Below are positions 8,485 to 17,149 of a DNA stretch of 32,000 bases, piece after piece (the stretch's first letter is position 1; every line of letters begins with the position of its first letter). Source of the stretch: Mycobacterium asiaticum (GTDB taxonomy: Bacteria; Actinomycetota; Actinomycetes; Mycobacteriales; Mycobacteriaceae). The DNA lies in the NCBI RefSeq assembly GCF_001673635.1, contig NZ_LZMH01000023.1, positions 88,229-120,228 of the forward strand, given 5' to 3'. Under the pieces are notes generated by a model. It was not told the DNA's origin, did not search any database, and was given only the letters and a program-made list of their open reading frames with translations. The translations under genes were made by a program, and so were the position numbers.

Positions 8485-9108
8485 ATGCCGTCCGGAAATG
8501 GCCTTTCGCGCCGTGAGGAGTTGCTGGCTGTCGCCACCAAGCTGTTTGCCGCCCGCGGCTATCACGGCACTCGGATGGACGATGTCGCCGACGTGATCGG
8601 ACTGAACAAGGCGACGGTATATCACTATTACGCCAGTAAGGCGCTGATCCTGTTCGATATCTACCGCCAGGCCGCCGAGGGCACCCTGGCCGCCGTGCAC
8701 GACGACCCGTCCTGGACGGCCCGCGAGGCGCTGTACCAGTACACCGTGCGGTTGCTGACCGGGATCGCCGGCAACCCCGAACGCGCCGCCGTCTACTTCC
8801 AGGAACAGCCCTACATCACCGAGTGGTTCACTTCCGAACAGGTCGCCGAGGTGCGCGAGAAGGAGGCCCAGGTCTATGAGCACGTGCACGGGCTCATCGA
8901 CCGTGGCATCGCCAGCGGCGAGTTCTACGAGTGCGACTCGCACGTGGTCGCGCTCGGCTACATCGGGATGACGCTGGGCAGTTACCGCTGGCTGCGGCCG
9001 AGCGGCCGGCGCACGGCCAAAGAAATCGCGGCGGAATTCAGCACCGCGCTGTTGCGCGGTTTGATTCGCGACGAGGAGATCCGCACCACCGCGCCGCTGG
9101 GTCCGTGA
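8485..9108 (+). CDS. TetR family transcriptional regulator (Rv0158-like)
   Basis: The N-terminal HTH is LSRREELLAVATKLFAARGYHGTRMDDVADVIGLNKATVYHYYASK, and the protein is close along its length to my recollection of Rv0158. ATG 8485 is preferred over GTG 8479. Confidence 0.9.
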   Translation: MPSGNGLSRREELLAVATKLFAARGYHGTRMDDVADVIGLNKATVYHYYASKALILFDIYRQAAEGTLAAVHDDPSWTAREALYQYTVRLLTGIAGNPERAAVYFQEQPYITEWFTSEQVAEVREKEAQVYEHVHGLIDRGIASGEFYECDSHVVALGYIGMTLGSYRWLRPSGRRTAKEIAAEFSTALLRGLIRDEEIRTTAPLGP

Positions 9109-9112
9109 CCGG

Positions 9113-10540
9113 TTAGTTGAAGATCGGCGGGATGATGTGCAGCACGTCGCCGAGTGTCCCGCTGAGCAGGGACAGCGCCGTCACCGGAGGCTGGCTCAGG
9201 GCGGGGCCGAAGTAGAGGTTCAGACCCGGGTTGACCATCGGAACCCACGGGTAGGCGTCCGGGAAGTACTCCGGTCCCCAGAGTCCGGCCTGAACGCCGA
9301 TCTCGACGGCCGCGCCGTATGGCGCCTGCAGCAGTCCCTGGCCCATGTAGTAGGCGAAGTTGAACGGGTTCGGGATATTGATCAGCCCGGCGGGTGTGGG
9401 CAGATCCGCGTAACCGTCGGAATAGCCGAGGTCGATCATGACCCGTAACGGTGGCTGCAGCAGGTCGGCGATCACCGGTCCGGCGTAGGGGATGTCGCGG
9501 ATCGGCTGCAGTATCGGCAGGTTCTGGGTCAGGAACATGTAGTACTCGGTGTTGCCCGTGTATCCCGGTGAGGTCGGCAGCTGTACCGCGGTGGTGGACA
9601 GCAGGTCCGGGTAATTGCTGTGCACGTAGAAGTAGCCCATCAGCGCGTTGATGTCGGCCAGGATGTTGGTCGGGTACTGCGGTACGTGCGCGATGCCGTC
9701 GTACTGCGCGGTGTAGAAGTAGGTCTCGTACGGGCTGTTCGCCGGCGTGGCGCCGTTGAAGAGCACGTCCAGACCGGGGATGTAGAAGCCTGGGAAACGC
9801 GACAGCAGACCGCCGTTGGGGTTGTTGCCGGCCGCGGCCAGGATGAAAGCCACGTCGTTCGCGTGCTGCCCACCGGCGGCGATCATGTTGACGATCTGGT
9901 TGTGGACGATCGATGCGCTCTGCGAGTAGCCGAAAACGGCGATCTTCTGGGTAGCGACGAGCGAATTGATCTCGGCGTTCAATAGGGCCACACCCCTGGC
10001 CACGGATTGCGTGTACGTCATCGTGCCAAGGTCGGGGGTTATCGGCCAGAACTGCTCCGGAGTGAAGAAGCCGAGCGGCGTGCCGCTATTGAAGATCGGC
10101 CGGATGTAGTTCTTGTTGATGTCCGCCACGTACCTGGCCAAGGGGAGCGGGTTGCCGGTGCCGCCCATGATGATCGCGGTGTCGATGTTCAATGCCGCCG
10201 CTGGCGCCGCCAATGTCGTGGCGGTCCCGCCGCCGGCGAACGTGTTCAGCAGGGCGCCGTTGAATGCTTCGGCCTGCGTGTAAGCGCGCGCCGCTTCGGA
10301 CAGCGCCCGGTTGAACTCGCTCTGGAACAGCGCTGCCTGCCGGACAACGGTCTGATACTCGTCGCCAAAAGCGTTGAAAAAGCCCGCGATCGCCGCCGAC
10401 ACCTCATCGCCGGCCGCCGCCAGCAGGCCCGACGTCCGGCCGGCCGCGGCGGCATTGGCGGCGTGGATCGCCGCCGCGATCTGGTCGACATCCGTGGCCG
10501 CCGCCGCGAGCGACTCAGGGACTGTTAGCAAATAGGACAT
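9113..10540 (-). CDS. PE family protein with a PE-PPE domain (short form, 475 aa, lacking the C-terminal extension of the other three)
   Basis: The PE domain is MSYLLTVPESLAAAATDVDQIAAAIHAANAAAAGRTSGLLAAAGDEVSAAIAGFFNAFGDEYQ. It also has IIMGGTG, VFGYSQSA, GNNPNGG and YDGIAHVPQYP. GAAGGA lies upstream of the ATG at 10540. Its stop is only 4 nt from the convergent TetR stop. Confidence 0.9.
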   Translation of the reverse strand: MSYLLTVPESLAAAATDVDQIAAAIHAANAAAAGRTSGLLAAAGDEVSAAIAGFFNAFGDEYQTVVRQAALFQSEFNRALSEAARAYTQAEAFNGALLNTFAGGGTATTLAAPAAALNIDTAIIMGGTGNPLPLARYVADINKNYIRPIFNSGTPLGFFTPEQFWPITPDLGTMTYTQSVARGVALLNAEINSLVATQKIAVFGYSQSASIVHNQIVNMIAAGGQHANDVAFILAAAGNNPNGGLLSRFPGFYIPGLDVLFNGATPANSPYETYFYTAQYDGIAHVPQYPTNILADINALMGYFYVHSNYPDLLSTTAVQLPTSPGYTGNTEYYMFLTQNLPILQPIRDIPYAGPVIADLLQPPLRVMIDLGYSDGYADLPTPAGLINIPNPFNFAYYMGQGLLQAPYGAAVEIGVQAGLWGPEYFPDAYPWVPMVNPGLNLYFGPALSQPPVTALSLLSGTLGDVLHIIPPIFN

Positions 10541-10556
10541 GGCCCCCGTCCTTCAA

Positions 10557-10574
10557 TACCCGCAACCGCGGGTA
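10557..10574 (-). terminator. GC-rich hairpin TACCCGC-aacc-GCGGGTA between the hydrolase gene and the PE gene
   Basis: A perfect 7-bp stem with a 4-nt loop lies about 57 nt after the hydrolase stop (10631) and 17 nt upstream of the PE start. It could be a terminator or a leader structure. No U-tract is present. Confidence 0.3.
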
Positions 10575-10630
10575 GTAGATATGAGAGCAAGAGTAAAGCG
10601 GGTCCGTGGGGAAATCCGGCGTTTCGGCCG

Positions 10631-11527
10631 TTAAACGCCTGCGTTCTGCAGATGCCGGTGGAAGAAGGCGATCTGGTCGGTGACGACCCGCTCGAAGGCG
10701 TCGCCGACGTAGATGTCGAAGTGCCCCTCGGGATAGGTCTTGATTTCGCCGCGTGGAGCCTTGGCGGCGTGGCGCAGGGTCGGGCCTGACGGCGCGACCG
10801 AATCGGTCTCGCAAACGCAGAACAGAATCGGGCAGCCGATCTTCGCGGCGCTACGGCCGGGACGGTAGATCAGCACCTTCAGGCCGATGCGGGCGGCGAC
10901 CTCGTTGGGCAGTTGGACACCGTCGGGCACGAGATTCAGATATCCGCTGTACGCGTCGGGCGCGGTCATCAACGCGACCTCACCTGGGCGGCCGGCCGTC
11001 GGGATCATCACCGGTGGCTTGCCCAACCGGCTGGCGATGACGTCGCGAATCCCCAATGCCGTGATGCGGGCCGCGGTCGCGGGGTTGATCGCACCTATGG
11101 ATGCGAAGCCGTCGGTGAACGGGCACTGCGCCACCGCGGCGGCGATGCCCGGCAGCCGTGCCGCCGAGGCGATCACGTGTCCACCACCAAAAGAACTACC
11201 CCACAGGGCGATTCGGTTGGAATCCACTCGCGGCTGGGTCCGGGCGAAGTTGACGGCCGCCGCCCAGTCGGCCAGCTGCATGTCGATGTCGAGCAGCTGC
11301 CGCGGCTGCCCCTCGCTGTCACCGAAGTTGCGATAGTCGAACACCAGGCAGGCATAGCCGGCCGCGCTGAACCGCTCGGCATAGGCGTCCAACCGCATCG
11401 TGCGCACCGCGCCCAGACCGTGCGCCATCACGATCAGGGGGACGACGGCGTCGCCGGCGGGCCGGTACAGCCAGGCGCTGATCCGGTCGGTGCCGGAGGT
11501 GAACCACACGTCTTCGCGCTCAGGCAT
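10631..11527 (-). CDS. Alpha/beta hydrolase, 298 aa
   Basis: It has a GSSFGG nucleophile elbow, an HG oxyanion-type motif (VMAHGLG), and a C-terminal acid/His region (ETDSVAP ... EGHFD). Confidence 0.8.
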   Translation of the reverse strand: MPEREDVWFTSGTDRISAWLYRPAGDAVVPLIVMAHGLGAVRTMRLDAYAERFSAAGYACLVFDYRNFGDSEGQPRQLLDIDMQLADWAAAVNFARTQPRVDSNRIALWGSSFGGGHVIASAARLPGIAAAVAQCPFTDGFASIGAINPATAARITALGIRDVIASRLGKPPVMIPTAGRPGEVALMTAPDAYSGYLNLVPDGVQLPNEVAARIGLKVLIYRPGRSAAKIGCPILFCVCETDSVAPSGPTLRHAAKAPRGEIKTYPEGHFDIYVGDAFERVVTDQIAFFHRHLQNAGV

Positions 11528-11611
11528 GACGCAACGATAGTGCCGCTTTATCGCCGACGAAATTATGGACTAGTGTCTAGAAAAATCGCAGCGTCGGGAT
11601 GGAGGACACTC

Positions 11612-12697
11612 ATGGCGATTCGCGTCGCCCACGTCGGCACCGGAAATGTCGGTGGGCTCGCTCTCGCCGCACTCATCACCAACCCGCAGTTCGAACTCAC
11701 CGGCGTCTGCGTCTCCACGCCGGAAAAGGTGGGTAGAGACGCCGGCGAACTCTGCGGGGTCGGACTGGACCAGCCGGTTCAGACCGGCGTGAACGCCGTT
11801 AACGACCTGGACGAGCTACTGGCCGCCAAGCCCGACTGTGTCGTCTATTGCGCGATGGGCGATACCCGGCTACCGGATGCGATGGCCGACGTGATGCGCA
11901 TCCTGGCGGCCGGCATCAACGTCGTGGGCTCGGCGCCCGGCCTCCTGCAGTATCCGTGGGGTGTGATGCCCGACAAGTACATCGGCCGGGTGGAAGCCGC
12001 TGCGCAGCAGGGTAATTCAAGTATTTTCATCACCGGTGTCGACCCCGGGTTCATCAACGACCTGTTGCCGTTCGCGCTTGCGGGAACCTGCCAGCGTATA
12101 GAGCAGGTGCGCTGCATGGAGATTCACGACTACGCGAGTTACGACGGCGCGGAGGTCATGCACTATATGGGCTTCGCGCGGCCGCTGGACGAGGTGCCGA
12201 TGCTGCTGCAACCTGGCGTGCTCAGCATCGCCTGGGGGACGGCGATCCGGCAGCTCGCCGCCGGTCTGGGTATCGAGGTCGATGAGATCACCGAGTCGTA
12301 TCGGCGCGAACCGGCGCCAGAGGACTTCGACATCGCGGTCGGACACGTGGCCAAAGGCACGCTGGCCGCACTGCAATTCGAGATTCGCGGCATGGTCAAC
12401 GGACGCCCGGCCATCGTGATCGAGCACATCACCCGGCTACGGCCGGACCTGCAGCCGGACTGGCCGCAGCCCGCAGCGGGGGGCGGCTCGTATCGCATCG
12501 AGATCACCGGTGAGCCGTCGTACGCGGTGGATATCGTGCCCAGCAGCCGCAAGGGCGACCACAACCACGCCGCGATCGTCGGCGCCGCGGGACGGATCGT
12601 CAATTCAATCCCGGCGGTCATCGCGGCCCCGCCCGGAATCCGGTCCACTCTCGACTTACCACTGATCAGCGGCAAGGGTCTGGTCACACCGAACTAA
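11612..12697 (+). CDS. NAD(P)-binding oxidoreductase of the DapB-N / amine-dehydrogenase-like family, 361 aa
   Basis: ATG 11612 is preceded by GGAGGA (11601-11606). The N-terminal Rossmann motif is IRVAHVGTGNVGG. The overall pattern is that of the actinobacterial proteins usually annotated as dihydrodipicolinate reductase-like. The upstream part of ORF 10913.. is antisense to the hydrolase gene. Confidence 0.7.
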   Translation: MAIRVAHVGTGNVGGLALAALITNPQFELTGVCVSTPEKVGRDAGELCGVGLDQPVQTGVNAVNDLDELLAAKPDCVVYCAMGDTRLPDAMADVMRILAAGINVVGSAPGLLQYPWGVMPDKYIGRVEAAAQQGNSSIFITGVDPGFINDLLPFALAGTCQRIEQVRCMEIHDYASYDGAEVMHYMGFARPLDEVPMLLQPGVLSIAWGTAIRQLAAGLGIEVDEITESYRREPAPEDFDIAVGHVAKGTLAALQFEIRGMVNGRPAIVIEHITRLRPDLQPDWPQPAAGGGSYRIEITGEPSYAVDIVPSSRKGDHNHAAIVGAAGRIVNSIPAVIAAPPGIRSTLDLPLISGKGLVTPN

Positions 12698-12714
12698 ACG
12701 GAAAGGAGCCCTTG

Positions 12715-13476
12715 ATGGGGCGAGTAGACGGCAAGGTCGCGTTGATCAGCGGTGGCGCGCGGGGGATGGGGGCAGAGGACGCGCGCCTGCTGGCGGCCGA
12801 GGGCGCCAAGGTGGTGATCGGCGATATCCGCGATGACGAGGGCGAGGCGCTCGCCTCTGAAATTAACGATGCGATCGGTGACGCGGCGCGCTATGTCCAT
12901 CTCGATGTGACCCAGCTCGACCAGTGGGAGGCTGCGGTGGCTACCGCCACCGGCGAGTTCGGCAAGCTCGACGTGCTGGTGAACAACGCCGGCATCGTCG
13001 CGGCGGGACCGCTGCGCGAGTTCCGGATGGACAAGTGGCAGAAGGTTATTGACGTCAACCTGACTGGCACGTTCCTGGGCATGCGGGCGGCCGTCGACCC
13101 GATGACCGAGGCCGGCGGCGGGTCGATCATCAACGTGTCCTCGATCGAGGGGATCCGCGGCGCGCCGCTGGTGCATCCGTATGTCGCCTCGAAGTGGGCG
13201 GTGCGCGGCATCACCAAGTCGGCGGCGCTGGAGTTGGCGCCGCTGAACATCCGGGTCAATTCGCTGCACCCGGGCTTCATCCGCACCCCGATGACCGCGC
13301 ACCTGCCCGAGGACATGGTCACCATCCCGTTGGGCCGGCCGGCCGAGGCGCGCGAGGTGGCGACATTCGTCGTCTTTTTGGCCAGCGACGAGGCGTCCTA
13401 CGCCACCGGCAGCGAGTTCATCATGGACGGCGGGCTGGTGACCGACGTGCCGCACAAGGACTTCAGCGCCGGATGA
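12715..13476 (+). CDS. Short-chain dehydrogenase/reductase (FabG3 / hydroxysteroid-dehydrogenase-like)
   Basis: It has TGGARGMG-type cofactor motif (ISGGARGMG), NNAG, and the catalytic S...YxxxK (YVASKWA). The GAAAGGAG SD lies 6 nt upstream of ATG 12715. Confidence 0.88.
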   Translation: MGRVDGKVALISGGARGMGAEDARLLAAEGAKVVIGDIRDDEGEALASEINDAIGDAARYVHLDVTQLDQWEAAVATATGEFGKLDVLVNNAGIVAAGPLREFRMDKWQKVIDVNLTGTFLGMRAAVDPMTEAGGGSIINVSSIEGIRGAPLVHPYVASKWAVRGITKSAALELAPLNIRVNSLHPGFIRTPMTAHLPEDMVTIPLGRPAEAREVATFVVFLASDEASYATGSEFIMDGGLVTDVPHKDFSAG

Positions 13477-13487
13477 GGCCGTAGCCG

Positions 13488-14831
13488 ATGCTGGAGAGCC
13501 TGGCCGCCGTGGTGGGCTCGAACCACGTCATCACCGACCCGGACGTGCTGGCCGGCCGGAGCGTCGACCACACCGGCCGGTACCGCGGCCGGGCTAGTGC
13601 GCTGGTACGTCCCGGCTCGGCGGAGGAGGTCGCCGAGGCGTTGCGGGTGTGCCGCGATGCGGGCGCGTACGTGACGGTGCAGGGCGGCCGGACGTCGCTG
13701 GTGGCCGGCACGGTACCTGAACACGACGACGTGCTGCTGTCCACCGAAAGGCTCAGTGCGATAAGCGATGTGGACACCGCGGAGCGGCGAGTGACGGCCG
13801 GTGCCGGTGCCACGCTGGCGGCGGTGCAGGGTGCCGCCGCGGCGGCGGGGCTGTTGTTCGGCGTTGATCTGGCCGCGCGTGACACCGCGACCCTCGGCGG
13901 CATGGCGTCGACGAATGCCGGCGGCTTGCGGACCGTCCGCTACGGCAACATGGGCGAGCAGGTGCTGGGACTGGATGTGGCATTGCCGGACGGCTCGGTG
14001 GTACGCCGGCACTCTGCGGTACGGCGTGACAACACCGGCTACGACCTGCCGTCGCTGTTCGTCGGAGCGGAGGGCACTCTCGGGGTGATCACCGCGCTGG
14101 ATCTGCGCCTGCACCCCACCCCGTCGCACCGGGTGACCGCGGTGTGTGGATTCGACGACCTGGACGCGCTGGTCGAGGCGGGCCGGGTGTTCGCCGACGT
14201 CGACGGAATCGCGGCGCTGGAGTTGATCGACGCCCGGGGCGCGGCGCTGACGGGGGAGCACGCCGGGGTCGGCGCCCCGGTTCCCGGTGACTGGCTGTTG
14301 CTCGTCGAATTGGCCGGCGACCACGACCAGACCGACCGGCTGGCTGAGCTGCTCGACGGCATTACGGCTGCCCGAGGTTCGGAACCGGCCGTCGGCCTGG
14401 ATGTGGCTGCGCAGCAACGGCTGTGGCGGGTGCGCGAGGCGCTGGCCGAGGTGCTTGGCGTGTACGGGCCGCCGCTGAAATTCGATGTGTCACTGCCGTT
14501 GTCGGCGGTGAACGGGTTCGCCCGGGACGCGGTCGCGCTGGTAGGGCGCCACGAGTCCGATGCGCTGCCGGTGCTGTTCGGTCACATCGGGGAGGGCAAC
14601 CTGCACCTGAACGTGCTGCGTTTCTCGACCGAGCGCGAGGCGGCGCTGTACGCCGAGATGATGGACCTGATCGCCGGCTGCGGCGGCAACGTCAGCTCCG
14701 AACACGGCGTCGGGACCCGCAAGCGGCCCTACCTGTCGATGTCGCGTGAGCCCGCCGACATTGCGGCGATGCGGACCGTCAAGGCGGCGCTGGACCCCAC
14801 GGGTTATCTCAACCCGGCCGTGCTCTTCTAA
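13488..14831 (+). CDS. FAD-linked oxidase (GlcD / D-lactate dehydrogenase-like), 447 aa
   Basis: The FAD-binding PCMH-type N-terminus is VRPGSAEEVAEALRVCRDAGAYVTVQGGRTSLVAG. It also has NAGG and a C-terminal SSEHGVG motif. It is possibly the Rv0161 counterpart, but that is memory only. Confidence 0.82.
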   Translation: MLESLAAVVGSNHVITDPDVLAGRSVDHTGRYRGRASALVRPGSAEEVAEALRVCRDAGAYVTVQGGRTSLVAGTVPEHDDVLLSTERLSAISDVDTAERRVTAGAGATLAAVQGAAAAAGLLFGVDLAARDTATLGGMASTNAGGLRTVRYGNMGEQVLGLDVALPDGSVVRRHSAVRRDNTGYDLPSLFVGAEGTLGVITALDLRLHPTPSHRVTAVCGFDDLDALVEAGRVFADVDGIAALELIDARGAALTGEHAGVGAPVPGDWLLLVELAGDHDQTDRLAELLDGITAARGSEPAVGLDVAAQQRLWRVREALAEVLGVYGPPLKFDVSLPLSAVNGFARDAVALVGRHESDALPVLFGHIGEGNLHLNVLRFSTEREAALYAEMMDLIAGCGGNVSSEHGVGTRKRPYLSMSREPADIAAMRTVKAALDPTGYLNPAVLF

Positions 14832-15376
14832 TCCGCACCTTTGATGCCGACAGCGTGCCGCAGCTGCGCCAGGAACTGCTCGCCGTCGTCGCTGCGCACC
14901 ACGTAGTGCGAGATGGCGATCCGGATGACGGTGGCCGCCTTCACCGCGGCGTTGGGGCCTGGCAGCAAGCGCTGCAAACCCGCGCGCATCTCCGGGATCA
15001 CGCCCGACATCTGAGCAATAACGTGCTCGGGTTCGATGTCGACCATGCGCACGCCGGAGTAGGAGTACTGGTAGTCGACGATGAATCGCAGTGCGGCGTC
15101 CAGCCTTTCGACGCCCTTCAGCCCGGCGGTAGCTTTAGCCAAACCGCGTTCGAAGATCTCGCGCTCGTAGCGCGAGAACGCCGAGAGCAGTTCTTCCTTG
15201 GAGGCGAACCAGCGGTACAGCGTCGGCCGCGACACCCCGGCCTGGGTGGCGACCTCGGAAAGGCTGAGTTTGGTCTTGCCGCTGCGGGCCAGCACCTCGG
15301 CCGTGGCGGCCAGGATCCGCTGACGGGTCGAGGTGTCGGTGTCCGGGATTTCGTCCACCTGGGCATTCTGGCTCAT
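14828..15376 (-). CDS. TetR family transcriptional regulator, 182 aa
   Basis: From ATG 15376 the protein has the HTH RQRILAATAEVLARSGKTKLSLSEVATQAGVSRPTLYRWFASKEELL. The start overlaps the upstream gene's stop (ATGA at 15373-15376). The stop overlaps the convergent FAD-oxidase stop (CTAA at 14828-14831). Confidence 0.88.
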   Translation of the reverse strand: MSQNAQVDEIPDTDTSTRQRILAATAEVLARSGKTKLSLSEVATQAGVSRPTLYRWFASKEELLSAFSRYEREIFERGLAKATAGLKGVERLDAALRFIVDYQYSYSGVRMVDIEPEHVIAQMSGVIPEMRAGLQRLLPGPNAAVKAATVIRIAISHYVVRSDDGEQFLAQLRHAVGIKGAD

Positions 15377-16218
15377 GAGTTCTCCCCCGGTGGCTTGTTG
15401 GGCTTGGGTGGCCTGGGTCGTACCAGCACAGACTGCTGGATGGCGCCCACCGCGCTGTGTTCGTCGAACAATGTCCCGATTGTCGTTCCGATGCCGTCCG
15501 GCCCGTAGCTGGTTTCCGCCCGGATGCCGATCCAGTCTCCCTCCGGGACCCGGAACACGTGCACGGCCAGGTCCGTGTTGAGGAAAGTCCACTTGCTGAT
15601 GTCGAGCTTGCTGCCGATGCCGTTGGCGCAGTCGGCCACCGCGAACAGCCGCTCCAGCTGGGTCATGGTCTCGCCGGCGACCAGGTCGGCGATCGGTCTG
15701 ATCCACGATTCGCCCGGACCCGCTGTCAGCGGCTCGGTCAGCCAGAGCCACTCGAGGCTGTGCACGTAGTTGCGGTCCCAGTTCATCGCTTTGATGTTGC
15801 GGTTGTACGCCTCAGACGGCGGACGGGGCAGCGGGGTGGGTGCGTGCACCACGGCGGCGGTGTCGAGCTTCTGCAATCGCCAGCCGCTGGCCCGAGCGAC
15901 CGGGCGGGGTTGGCCGTCGGGGGCCAGCGCCCGCATCTCGGCGGTCACCAGCTCGATCTGGCGGCCGCCGCGGTCCACGGAGGAACGCACCCACAGGTCG
16001 CCCTCGGCCGGGACCGGGCCAAGCAGGTCGATGACCACCCGGCTGAGCCGGGTATCCTCGCGCGCCTGGCAGCGTTCCAGCGCGCGGACCAGCAACCCTG
16101 ACACCGGGCCGCCGTGCTGGATGGCCGCCGACCAGGTGCCCCGGGCCAGGTCGGTGGCCCGGAACTTTTCGCCCGCGGCGTCGTCGGCGTCGATCAGCTC
16201 GTAGTACGAGTCGGACAT
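15373..16218 (-). CDS. TesB-like double hotdog thioesterase family protein, 281 aa
   Basis: ATG 16218 has AGAGGTG upstream. The sequence (HGGPVSGLLVRALE, two hotdog-like halves, about 280 aa) fits the actinobacterial thioesterase family (4HBT_3-type). The longer ORF-track N-terminus is Arg/Pro-rich and was rejected. Confidence 0.65.
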   Translation of the reverse strand: MSDSYYELIDADDAAGEKFRATDLARGTWSAAIQHGGPVSGLLVRALERCQAREDTRLSRVVIDLLGPVPAEGDLWVRSSVDRGGRQIELVTAEMRALAPDGQPRPVARASGWRLQKLDTAAVVHAPTPLPRPPSEAYNRNIKAMNWDRNYVHSLEWLWLTEPLTAGPGESWIRPIADLVAGETMTQLERLFAVADCANGIGSKLDISKWTFLNTDLAVHVFRVPEGDWIGIRAETSYGPDGIGTTIGTLFDEHSAVGAIQQSVLVRPRPPKPNKPPGENS

Positions 16219-16236
16219 GGCACCTCTTTGCTCGGG

Positions 16237-16269
16237 GGTTCGCTCGCGGTTCGCTTCGGGTTCGCTCAG
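16237..16269. repeat. Three phased copies of GGTTCGCT at 11-nt spacing (ggttcgctcgc / ggttcgcttcg / ggttcgctcag)
   Basis: Read directly. The copies start at 16237, 16248 and 16259 and fill most of the 47-nt gap between the SMP-30 stop (16266-16268) and the thioesterase start (16218). On the mRNA strand this is 3 x AGCGAACC. Confidence 0.7.
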
Positions 16270-17087
16270 GGCAGCCCGGCGCCGGGGACGTCCACCCGCA
16301 CGGCGTCCAGCCGGGACAGGCGGGTTCCCGCCAGTCGCTTGGGGTAAGCGTCGGTGCTGGACAACAGAAACAGGGTGCGGCGTTCCGGCCCGCCGAGCGC
16401 GCACGCGATCGCGACCCGGTCGCCCATGTCGATGCGGTCGGTCACCTCGCCGCCCTCGGTGATCCGCTCGAACTGGTGTGTCAGCGTCATGGCTGTCCAT
16501 ACTCCGCCCCCGGCGTCGAGCGCGATGCCGTCGGGCGGCCCGTCGAGCTTGTCGGCGAATATTCTTCTGTCGCTGAGGCTCCCGTCCGGGTCGATCGTGA
16601 ACGCGGTGAGCCGCCGGCCCATCGACTCGGCGACGATGAGCGTCCTGCGGTCCGGCGTGATCACCATGCCGTTGGGAAACTCGAGGTCGGCGGCGACGAC
16701 GGTCGCGTGATCATCGGGGTCGAGGCGAAGGATCACCCCGCCTTCATATGCCTGCGAGCCGATGTAGGCACGACCGCTGTCGTCGACGACCATGTCGCCG
16801 AGGTCGGCCGGAGCAAGTTCGGACAGGTCGACCAGGGGGAGAACGGTCTCGCCGTCGTAGCACAGCACCATCCGGTCCTCGGCCGACACGATCAGCAGAC
16901 AGCCGTCGGGCCGGAAGCCCAGGCCGGACGGCGAGTGTCCCGGCAACGGGACGGTGGTCAGCGAGCCACGGATGTCGGATGTGTGGACGGCTTCACCGAG
17001 CATGTCCGAGAACCACAGCAGCCCCTCGAACCAGCGCGGACCCTCGCCGAAGCAAAAGCCGTGGGCCAGCGGCGTAGGCGGCGCCAT
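16266..17087 (-). CDS. SMP-30 / gluconolactonase / LRE family protein (lactonase-like beta-propeller), 273 aa
   Basis: From ATG 17087 the protein reads MAPPTPLAHGFCFGEGPRWFEGLLWFSD..., followed by repeated propeller-blade motifs (PDG, NG, DxxG). No convincing SD is present (only AAAGGT abutting the ATG), so the transcript may be leaderless or the start may differ. Confidence 0.8.
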   Translation of the reverse strand: MAPPTPLAHGFCFGEGPRWFEGLLWFSDMLGEAVHTSDIRGSLTTVPLPGHSPSGLGFRPDGCLLIVSAEDRMVLCYDGETVLPLVDLSELAPADLGDMVVDDSGRAYIGSQAYEGGVILRLDPDDHATVVAADLEFPNGMVITPDRRTLIVAESMGRRLTAFTIDPDGSLSDRRIFADKLDGPPDGIALDAGGGVWTAMTLTHQFERITEGGEVTDRIDMGDRVAIACALGGPERRTLFLLSSTDAYPKRLAGTRLSRLDAVRVDVPGAGLP

Positions 17088-17089
17088 AC

Positions 17090-17120
17090 CTTTACAAATC
17101 ACTGCAAAAGTGTCATGCAC
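17090..17120 (+). promoter_or_regulatory. Conserved AT-rich motif, copy A: CTTTACAAAT-cactgca-AAA-g-TGTCA-tGCac
   Basis: Of 31 aligned positions, 20 are identical in all three copies (A, B, C). Copy A begins 3 nt upstream of the SMP-30 start codon, in the 117-nt divergent intergenic region. Confidence 0.65.
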
Positions 17121-17149
17121 CACGGGCTGCCGTGTCAACGCGCATGCAA

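Noticed and set aside
11528-11611. CTAG-TGT-CTAG and CGATA-N9-TATCG elements in the hydrolase / oxidoreductase divergent region, considered as possible operators.
   Set aside because: The arms are only 4-5 bp and the first element is not a true dyad. They cannot be told apart from chance in a locally AT-richer promoter region.
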